The notes under the pieces: model-generated
The model's input: only the letters and a program-made list of their open reading frames with translations
What the model was told of the DNA's origin: nothing
The model's database searches: none
Origin: an uncultured virus (IMG/VR IMGVR_UViG_3300031853_000016)
Taxonomy: Duplodnaviria > Heunggongvirae > Uroviricota > Caudoviricetes
DNA: 64,000 nt
Direction: 5' to 3' (one strand)
Virus record (IMG/VR): IMGVR_UViG_3300031853_000016
Position numbers and translations under genes: made by a program
Shown: in pieces, positions 18,915 to 25,825 of the stretch
Layout of the letters: each line of letters opens with the position of its first letter
Numbering within the stretch: position 1 is the stretch's first letter

Positions 18915-19277
18915 TCACTCCCTCACAAAGTAGTATGAGACTTGTTCATCTGATGAATCCCAGTTGTCAAGCAGTATTCCATCACGCACAACTGCAACAT
19001 GTGAGCCTGTTGCAACGATGTACAAGCCGTCAGGATGCGTTGTAGCAAATTCTTCGAACGTCAAGGTGTCAAGTATAGGGTATTTTTTAAAGCCCTTAGA
19101 CTGCAAATATGCGCCAAACACAGCGTTAGAATCCTGCATATCGCATTGTATAAGCCCCTCGATGCATAGATCAATAGCTGTTCTGTACCATGACTGGTTC
19201 AAAGCAAGAGACAAAGCACGGACAACGCAGTCTCCGAGTCGTTTCTTGCAAGGGTTCACATTCACAAATTCGTACAT
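18915..19277 (-). CDS. Putative papain-like/C39-like cysteine peptidase
   Basis: GDCVVRA, GSHVAVV, LDNWDS give a Cys-His-Asp order. Confidence 0.55.
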   Translation of the reverse strand: MYEFVNVNPCKKRLGDCVVRALSLALNQSWYRTAIDLCIEGLIQCDMQDSNAVFGAYLQSKGFKKYPILDTLTFEEFATTHPDGLYIVATGSHVAVVRDGILLDNWDSSDEQVSYYFVRE

Positions 19278-19343
19278 TTTAATCACCAATTACATAATAA
19301 AACAAAAAAGCCCGATTTGCCATCAAGCAAACCGAGCTTTTTA

Positions 19344-19550
19344 TTATATCTTTGTGGTGATTATTTTAAGATTTTTTTGAACTATTTTGTGCGTTGTCTG
19401 TACCGATAGGCTGAATTCCTCGGCTAACGGTTCAAAACAGATGCAGTCAATCAGCCTGCGCTTCATGATAGCCCTGTCTCGTTCTCCCTTAACCCATTCA
19501 TCTATCAGCCGTGATAAATCCGTGTTGGAAATGTTGTCGAATCTGTTCAT
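19344..19550 (-). CDS. Small HTH (sigma region 4-like) protein
   Basis: DRAIMKRRLID...LAEEFSLSVQTTHKIV. Confidence 0.65.
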   Translation of the reverse strand: MNRFDNISNTDLSRLIDEWVKGERDRAIMKRRLIDCICFEPLAEEFSLSVQTTHKIVQKNLKIITTKI

Positions 19551-19578
19551 AGTCTCTTAGTGCGTTGTAAGTGTAGGT

Positions 19579-20115
19579 TTATTTCTTTGTGAGTGTGATA
19601 TCGTAGATCGTACCGTCTGAGAGTTTCAGTTCTCCTGTCAGTCCATCAGGTTCTGTCGGTTCTTCCTGTGGCTTCGAGGATGGTCTATATCCATCATCAT
19701 ACACACCGCAAGCGTTAGGTATACCCGATATCTGCGGAGTGCTTAAAGCGTTGCCTGCGGCAAACTGAGGACGGATGCAGTAATGGCAATGACTGCCGTA
19801 CTCGTTATCGGGGATGGTATGTCCTGTATGACCCTCAATGCCGATAACGTCAGTACACTTTACTTTATCGCCTGTCTTTACCTTTAACTGCGACATATGA
19901 CCGTAATAGTAATACTTGTTGTCAGCGGATCGGATACACACATACTGTCCAAATCCCTGTTTCGGATTGTTCGTATTTTCCCACCCTGCATAATGCACAG
20001 TGCCGTCAACAGTCGCATGAATTTCCTTGCTGTCGATTCCGACTAAATCAAGTCCATCATGTGCGCTATGCTGTGTCTGCGTTACCTTGAATTTTCCTTC
20101 GTATGGGGAATTCAT
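19579..20115 (-). CDS. Endolysin, M23 peptidase
   Basis: HDGLD, YGHM, HCHY zinc motifs. Confidence 0.85.
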   Translation of the reverse strand: MNSPYEGKFKVTQTQHSAHDGLDLVGIDSKEIHATVDGTVHYAGWENTNNPKQGFGQYVCIRSADNKYYYYGHMSQLKVKTGDKVKCTDVIGIEGHTGHTIPDNEYGSHCHYCIRPQFAAGNALSTPQISGIPNACGVYDDGYRPSSKPQEEPTEPDGLTGELKLSDGTIYDITLTKK

Positions 20116-20181
20116 ATAATCACTCCTTTGTTTTGATGAAAATATAATTTTATTGGGTTATTTGCTGTTAAAATTACCTTT

Positions 20182-20325
20182 TTATCGGTTCAACGCTTCA
20201 CTAATTTGCTCTAAATCCTCTGCTGTCAGTTTCGGATAGTCCTCTGCAATTTCCTCAAAAGTTTCTCCCTGATTAATTCTGCGGCTGAATACAGCAATCA
20301 TGAGTTTTAATTTAGCATTACTCAT
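20182..20325 (-). CDS. Small tail-region protein (47 aa, not in ORF track)
   Basis: MSNAKLKLMIAVFSRRINQGETFEEIAEDYPKL; start overlaps upstream stop. Confidence 0.55.
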   Translation of the reverse strand: MSNAKLKLMIAVFSRRINQGETFEEIAEDYPKLTAEDLEQISEALNR

Positions 20326-20585
20326 TCTTCGTCACCCCCGAAAAGCATATCTGCGAGTACATCTTCAATGTCAGAAATTCTTCTTTCGTTTCCGCTTTCA
20401 AGTTTGAAAATCTCATATACCTCTTTCGGTATCTTGATTTCATCATATACATACACTGTTATGATTTCACCTGATTCATCGGTACGCTGTTCAACGTTGA
20501 TGTTCTTTCTTACGTAGACATATACCCTTGATGATGTATCATCAATCGTTGATGGTAATTCACTACTTTCTGCTTTATACCACAT
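20322..20585 (-). CDS. Small acidic tail-region protein
   Basis: AAGGAGG RBS; RISDIEDVLADM terminus. Confidence 0.65.
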   Translation of the reverse strand: MWYKAESSELPSTIDDTSSRVYVYVRKNINVEQRTDESGEIITVYVYDEIKIPKEVYEIFKLESGNERRISDIEDVLADMLFGGDEE

Positions 20586-21642
20586 ATAAAGTCCTCCTTT
20601 TATCATAATTGCTTACTATTTTTCGTAATTCTCTGAAATTTATATGACATAAAATATACTTCTTAACCCAGTTGTAACTATCTGTGCATTTACTCCAACC
20701 GATATATGTCAACATTTGCCTTGCATCATGAACAGTTGTATGTTTCTTCTTTGCTATCCTTCTTGCTTTACGCATAGCTTTCAAAGCGATTTTGCGGCGC
20801 AATGTCACCCGATTTCTGTAAAACCTGAATCCCATAAAGTCAAGGAATCTACCTTTATCTTTACGAGTATGAAAACGAAACAACTGCCAATTGTCTTTTA
20901 TTTCAAGCGATAAATTATCCCTCAGATATAGCTCTATCAGCTTCTTGATTCTGTGCAACTCTCGCTTATTCGAGTGGAACAGTACCATATCGTCCATATA
21001 TCTTATATAATGTTTGATGTGCAAATCTTCTTTGACGAAATGGTCGAAGTCCTGTAAATAAAAGTTAGCAAACCATTGAGAAGTATAAAAGCCTAAAGGT
21101 AAGCCGTGTTCAGTTGTTCTGATAATCTTTGTTAGCAAGTCCATGAATCTCTCATCATGTATTTTCTTGTGTAGTTTATCAATAAGAATTTCCTGAGAGA
21201 TACTGTCAAAATATTTTCTTACATCAAGTTTAAGACAATACTTGACATTCCCTACATCATTTCTTATCCATTTCCTCACAACTTTCATTCCTTTGTAACA
21301 GCCCCTCTGAGGAATTGAAGCATATGTGTGTTCATACATTCCTTTTGAGAAAATAGGTTTCATAACGTTCATTACTGCGTGTTGAACTATATGCTCTGCC
21401 ACCGTAGGAACGATTATTTCACGTTTCTTAGCCGATATGCCGTCATTGATTATCTTAGGAGTATGTTTGATAGTCTTAAAATTCTCTATCCAATTACGCA
21501 CGATAGAAATATATTTATCAGGGTTGTTTTTAATTTCTGTCAATTTTCTGCGTTTCATATTGCCATGTGAGGCGTTATGAATAGCAAGTCTGATATTATC
21601 GTCAGATATTAATTCTTCCCATAAATGATTGTATGATTTCAT
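20575..21642 (-). CDS. DGR reverse transcriptase
   Basis: LKLDVRKYFDSI, GLPLGFYTSQWFANFYL, YIRYMDD, FLDFMGF; no maturase/endonuclease domain; adjacent TR/VR. Confidence 0.95.
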   Translation of the reverse strand: MKSYNHLWEELISDDNIRLAIHNASHGNMKRRKLTEIKNNPDKYISIVRNWIENFKTIKHTPKIINDGISAKKREIIVPTVAEHIVQHAVMNVMKPIFSKGMYEHTYASIPQRGCYKGMKVVRKWIRNDVGNVKYCLKLDVRKYFDSISQEILIDKLHKKIHDERFMDLLTKIIRTTEHGLPLGFYTSQWFANFYLQDFDHFVKEDLHIKHYIRYMDDMVLFHSNKRELHRIKKLIELYLRDNLSLEIKDNWQLFRFHTRKDKGRFLDFMGFRFYRNRVTLRRKIALKAMRKARRIAKKKHTTVHDARQMLTYIGWSKCTDSYNWVKKYILCHINFRELRKIVSNYDKRRTLYVV

Positions 21643-21768
21643 AGTCACCTTCTCTTATAGTCTCAACCGCTTTCGACAATGCTACTAACAGTTGCTTGCT
21701 ATCGACTGTCAATTTTACCAAGAGGTAAGGAAAGTGTGGTGCATTATTTTCAAGTAATTTATAAGTTT

Positions 21769-21866
21769 GCGCAGTGGCAATATTCCAATTCGTATTCGAG
21801 GGCGTATTATTCAGATTAAAATAGAACGTACCTGCATTAACGTCATTGTCAGAGTTACCGCCAACC
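21769..21866 (-). repeat. DGR template repeat (TR)
   Basis: 98-bp ungapped match to 21980-22077; rich in AAT/AAC codons. Confidence 0.95.
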
Positions 21867-21909
21867 GCACCACAAATCCCTATATTTAATAACAAATATT
21901 TATCATTAA

Positions 21910-21946
21910 GGGGACACGCAAGCGTTTCCCCTCTTGCCTACGGCAA
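21910..21946. other. Two hairpins just downstream of the VR (DGR target-recognition type)
   Basis: GGGGACACGC-AA-GCGTTTCCCC (21910-21931) and TTGCC-GTA-GGCAA on the minus strand (21934-21946). Confidence 0.7.
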
Positions 21947-21947
21947 T

Positions 21948-23291
21948 TCACCCTTTCTGAGCAAGTGGTTTGCAAGAGAGCGCAGCGGCAACAATCCAAG
22001 ACGTAGTCGAGGGCGTATGAGTCAGATAAAAAGAGAACGCACCCGCATTAACGCCATTGCTAGAGCCACCGCCAACCAATAAATATCTTGTATCAGTATT
22101 GTAATAAAAATAATCAGCGTAATATGTCGAAGAACTACCGTCAGTAACATTACTTGTCATGTAGCCATACTGATTGTATGTCATGGCTCTTACATAATTA
22201 TTTGACGATGGAATTGTACCATTAGAAATATATCCGTTTCCTGTCTGATTATAACCAACTGTTGTACTTCCGTCTGCTGTACCATATGTGAGTTTGATTT
22301 TCAATACTCTGTTTACAGAGATACAACCTGCGGTTCTGTGCCAACAGCAAGCCCACCAGTTTTCCATACCGAAAACTTTAACAGCAGATGTACCGTTAGC
22401 AGTATCGCCCCAGAATAAACCTTTGTCATTCAGTGTTCCTGTTACGTATGCTTCTTTAGCTGTCTGACCGCCAGTATCAATACCTCTGCCAAATACTGCT
22501 TGTGTATTCAGTGATTTACCCATAAGCACAAGAAGTGCATTTATAAGTAGTCTATCACACCAAACATCAATATACCATTCAACATCGTTTGTGGTATTAT
22601 TGGCTTTCGCTCTTGTTTCTTCCTGAGTTGCGGTTGTACTGCCGTTACCATTTGCAGAAGTTAAAGCAACGCCAGAAATGGAACGTAGTTTGGTTGTTCC
22701 AGTGCCGTTATAGATAGCAGTATAAAAATGTGGGATAATATTATCTTTGCTGTCATAGTTGCACCAACAATAGTAAGTGTTATCTACTTTCTGATTTGAG
22801 ATATAGAAATATCCTTCTCCGTCCTCAGTGCCGCCTTCAAATTTATACCACAGCATTCCCCATTCCATCATTGCGTTACCGTCATAGTTAGGGTCTGCAA
22901 TATCAGAAGCCGTTCCATCAGCTTTCTTAGTATAGTCATTCGGGTCAAGATAATACGCCACTTCGCCATTAGAGCGCACCATGCAAGGCTTTGGCATAAA
23001 GAACGCATTCTCCCAAGAGCCGTAGTCGAACGTGCTTGCGCCCATTGACGCAGGTGTCATGCCGACCGCATCTTCAAGATATGTGACCGCAGTCGAACTG
23101 TCTGATTCATTCGGATTGATATGAAAACCATAAATAACAGGCTTTCCTTGCGGAATAGACATAATATCATCAGGGAACTCCTCTAATCCGTCACCCTCGT
23201 TTACAGTGCCACCTTTTGCAGTAATTGCATTACCGATAGCAGTTGTAGCAACTTTAAGTCGCTGTAAATTCTCAGCTATTGTATTAGACAT
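21948..23291 (-). CDS. DGR target protein, probable C-type-lectin-fold receptor-binding protein
   Basis: VFGMENWWACCWH and VGG..S...NAGAF CLec-like motifs; carries the VR. Confidence 0.85.
   Translation of the reverse strand: MSNTIAENLQRLKVATTAIGNAITAKGGTVNEGDGLEEFPDDIMSIPQGKPVIYGFHINPNESDSSTAVTYLEDAVGMTPASMGASTFDYGSWENAFFMPKPCMVRSNGEVAYYLDPNDYTKKADGTASDIADPNYDGNAMMEWGMLWYKFEGGTEDGEGYFYISNQKVDNTYYCWCNYDSKDNIIPHFYTAIYNGTGTTKLRSISGVALTSANGNGSTTATQEETRAKANNTTNDVEWYIDVWCDRLLINALLVLMGKSLNTQAVFGRGIDTGGQTAKEAYVTGTLNDKGLFWGDTANGTSAVKVFGMENWWACCWHRTAGCISVNRVLKIKLTYGTADGSTTVGYNQTGNGYISNGTIPSSNNYVRAMTYNQYGYMTSNVTDGSSSTYYADYFYYNTDTRYLLVGGGSSNGVNAGAFSFYLTHTPSTTSWIVAAALSCKPLAQKG
21980..22077 (-). repeat. 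DGR variable repeat (VR) at C-terminus of target gene
   Basis: 17 differences to TR, 16 at TR adenines. Confidence 0.95.
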
Positions 23292-23292
23292 A

Positions 23293-23499
23293 TTACAGCA
23301 CCTCCTCTAAGACAGTGTTAATGTCGCCAATTGTCTGCTGAATTGTTGAAATATCGTTTTTATTTGTTTCAATCTGAGCAACTTTTGTGCTGTCGATTCC
23401 GCTATTCATTGCATCCAACTGTTCCTGTGTCGGTGTGAAACCTGAGCCGCCACCGCCACGTAATGCACCTGCTTTTAATTCTTCGTACAGTTTACCCAT
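23293..23499 (-). CDS. Short tail-fibre-like coiled-coil protein
   Basis: EQLDAMNSGID motif and heptads. Confidence 0.55.
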   Translation of the reverse strand: MGKLYEELKAGALRGGGGSGFTPTQEQLDAMNSGIDSTKVAQIETNKNDISTIQQTIGDINTVLEEVL

Positions 23500-23501
23500 G
23501 A

Positions 23502-23726
23502 TTATTCGCCTTCCTCTCCGCTATTCTGTTTTTTCCATGTTTCGTCTGAGCCTAATCCGTAAAAGTCACCTGTGCTGACGTCCCATGCAATACTGCCCAT
23601 AGTAAAATGATAGTTCTGGAAGCCCTCAACAGTCAGTTCAGCTGCTGAATCAATTGCAATTTCAGCTCTGATATGGTGCTTACCACCTTTGATTCCCTCT
23701 GATACACTTGAAAGAATTTTAATCAT
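23502..23726 (-). CDS. Small hypothetical tail-region protein
   Basis: AGGAGTG RBS; GSIAWDVSTGDFY. Confidence 0.6.
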   Translation of the reverse strand: MIKILSSVSEGIKGGKHHIRAEIAIDSAAELTVEGFQNYHFTMGSIAWDVSTGDFYGLGSDETWKKQNSGEEGE

Positions 23727-23744
23727 AATAGATCACTCCTTTTG

Positions 23745-24050
23745 TTAATCATCGAGTAAACCGCTTACAGTGTGTGTATAGTCTACACCATAGTTATGCG
23801 GTACTCTGTCTTTTACTTCTGCGAGTTTACCGTCATTAAAGCGGTCAAGCGTTCCGACAAGATATCCTGTGATACGCCTTACACGCTCAAAGCCTTTTGA
23901 CTTCATGTGTGTTTCAAGATCTACGTTTTCTCCGTCAATCTTGATTTTCAGCAGTTCGATATCCTGATCTTTGTACTTCTCACGCACATACTTTTCGTAT
24001 TCCTTGCGCTCTGCATCGGATATCTCGCCACCCTCAACTATCACTGTCAA
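23745..24050 (-). CDS. Stand-alone NrdD-type glycyl-radical domain protein
   Basis: ERVRRITGYLVGTLDRFNDGKLAEVKDRVPH matches the C-terminal glycyl-radical segment of class III RNR. Confidence 0.75.
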   Translation of the reverse strand: MTVIVEGGEISDAERKEYEKYVREKYKDQDIELLKIKIDGENVDLETHMKSKGFERVRRITGYLVGTLDRFNDGKLAEVKDRVPHNYGVDYTHTVSGLLDD

Positions 24051-24244
24051 GATTTATCACCTCTATTCTTTTCATGCTGTGTACCGAAATAAAACCCGAT
24101 TATCATGGTGTATATGGTCATAAATATCTGAGGTTCTATTTTTTTGCTGACTGAAAGATATACAAATGCAGCTGTAAGCGCAAATGTTACGATTGTCTTA
24201 ACATCAATCAACTTAGCTATGCGTTCTCTGAACTTCACGTTCAC
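24047..24244 (-). CDS. Holin-like protein (2 TM)
   Basis: KLIDVKTIVT, IIGFYFGTQ. Confidence 0.75.
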   Translation of the reverse strand: MNVKFRERIAKLIDVKTIVTFALTAAFVYLSVSKKIEPQIFMTIYTMIIGFYFGTQHEKNRGDKS

Positions 24245-24479
24245 ACCCCTCCAATCGCCTTGTAACGTCTTTTATCTGCTCTTCCACGACAGGCATTCTT
24301 CGTGCAAAGTTGTTGTGTTCCCTGACTTCAGAGGTCAGGGAATCAAGCTTTGTTTCAAAGACCGCCTGCTGTGTTTCCAGTTTATGCTGAATCTCTCTGT
24401 TGCTGACTTTGGTATTTATCACTACTGTAACAATAGTGACAATGCCTGTTATGATTGATACAACTATGCTACTGTCCAT
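24213..24479 (-). CDS. Holin/antiholin-like protein (1 TM plus coil)
   Basis: N-terminal TM, VREHNNFARRMPVVEEQIK. Confidence 0.7.
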   Translation of the reverse strand: MDSSIVVSIITGIVTIVTVVINTKVSNREIQHKLETQQAVFETKLDSLTSEVREHNNFARRMPVVEEQIKDVTRRLEGCEREVQRTHS

Positions 24480-24966
24480 CGTTTTCATCCTCCTCATCAT
24501 AGTACTCTATCAGTGTTCCTTCTGGAAAGCTTGTCGGGTAATATGTACAATCCCTTGCTATTTTTACATAGTTGATTCTTGTGCCGTAAAAAGCATACCT
24601 GCCTATACTTTTGACAGATTTTGGAATAGATATCTGCATTAGTAATGGATTGTTTGCGAACGCTCCAAGATATATCGGGTCGGGCATACTCTTAGTCTGT
24701 AAGCCGTTATCTCCGATAATCCAGTTCTGATTCGGTGTAGGCAAGACTTTGAACAGTCCTGTTTCAAGTCCCCTTTCGGTTATGCGCCATAGTGCAGGTG
24801 CAAGAGGATGTGAAGGGAATGTCAGGTCATAGTGTAAGCCTGTCTGCAAGGTTTCCCCTGTGCGCCATAATGCAGGCGCAAGGGGATATGAAGGGAAAGA
24901 AGGGATATCGTTGAAATCGCTGTCAAGCAATTCATTGTTGTGGATTATCCATCCCATATTACTCAC
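24469..24966 (-). CDS. Tail-region protein with BspA-type leucine-rich repeat
   Basis: GAFAN...ISIPKSVKSIGRYAFYGT; internal duplication FPSxPLAPALWR. Confidence 0.7.
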   Translation of the reverse strand: MSNMGWIIHNNELLDSDFNDIPSFPSYPLAPALWRTGETLQTGLHYDLTFPSHPLAPALWRITERGLETGLFKVLPTPNQNWIIGDNGLQTKSMPDPIYLGAFANNPLLMQISIPKSVKSIGRYAFYGTRINYVKIARDCTYYPTSFPEGTLIEYYDEEDENDGQ

Positions 24967-25825
24967 CGCCCTCGGTTTCCTCAGTTTCCTCGGTTTCTAC
25001 GATAAATCCGACAGCTTCAAGGGCATCTGCATCAAGCATCTGCGTACTTGTTACGCCTGTAAAGCCCGATGGTACGGTAAGACCACTTGCAAGCTTGTCA
25101 GTGTTGATGAGGGTCACTCCACCGCTTGTGTTTTTCCATGTAGTGATAGAATCTATCTCAGCATCAATTACGTTTTGACCGCCGCCTGCATTTGTGAAGT
25201 TAGTCCACGGCACTTTACCACTGATTTTGCTTTCATACATCTTCAACGTCTGTGTGCCTGTATATGTAGACGTACCGTCAAAGTTCATGTTGCAGTGATT
25301 TACTGTGACATTTAAGGAATATGTAAATCGTGCTTCACCTGAGAATTTAAGAGCAAAAGCGCATCCCTTCGGGTCGTTTCCATTTATACTACCAGTCGTA
25401 AAAAGAACACTGCCGCCGCTGTAATCCTCACAGAAACTTCTTCCTTCTACTACACCCGAAAACTTACAGTTTCGGTATTCAATCATTCTTCCGTACAGCA
25501 CACGCTGTGTTGCCACTGTCTGCACACAGTCGAGCAGATTCAGGTTTTTTACCACTGCTGTATACGATGAACTCAGCTTTGAAAACCATTGCTGTGCTGT
25601 GCCGAACATTCCCTTTATAGTAAGTCCGTTTCCGTCAACCTCTACCGCATTCCAGTTGATGCCCGTTGTTAAGCCACCCTCAACCATCTTTGCAAAGTCC
25701 CATGTCGCTACTGTTGAAGTGTCAACTTTGACATATGCATCTGCTGTCTCAACCGCTGTAACAAAGTCAGCCCATGTATCCACGATATAAGGGTCTGCCT
25801 GTGTACCTGTTCCTGATATACTCAT
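24959..25825 (-). CDS. Tail-region beta-helix-like protein
   Basis: GTGTQADPYIV start, VDGNGLTI, VVKNLNL. Confidence 0.6.
   Translation of the reverse strand: MSISGTGTQADPYIVDTWADFVTAVETADAYVKVDTSTVATWDFAKMVEGGLTTGINWNAVEVDGNGLTIKGMFGTAQQWFSKLSSSYTAVVKNLNLLDCVQTVATQRVLYGRMIEYRNCKFSGVVEGRSFCEDYSGGSVLFTTGSINGNDPKGCAFALKFSGEARFTYSLNVTVNHCNMNFDGTSTYTGTQTLKMYESKISGKVPWTNFTNAGGGQNVIDAEIDSITTWKNTSGGVTLINTDKLASGLTVPSGFTGVTSTQMLDADALEAVGFIVETEETEETEGGE

Noticed and set aside
20575..21642. RT as group II intron or retron
   Set aside because: No maturase/endonuclease domain and an adjacent adenine-specific TR/VR pair
21602..21895. 97-aa ORF resembling the target C-terminus
   Set aside because: It is the TR read in frame plus spacer; weak TTG start; best explained as non-coding template
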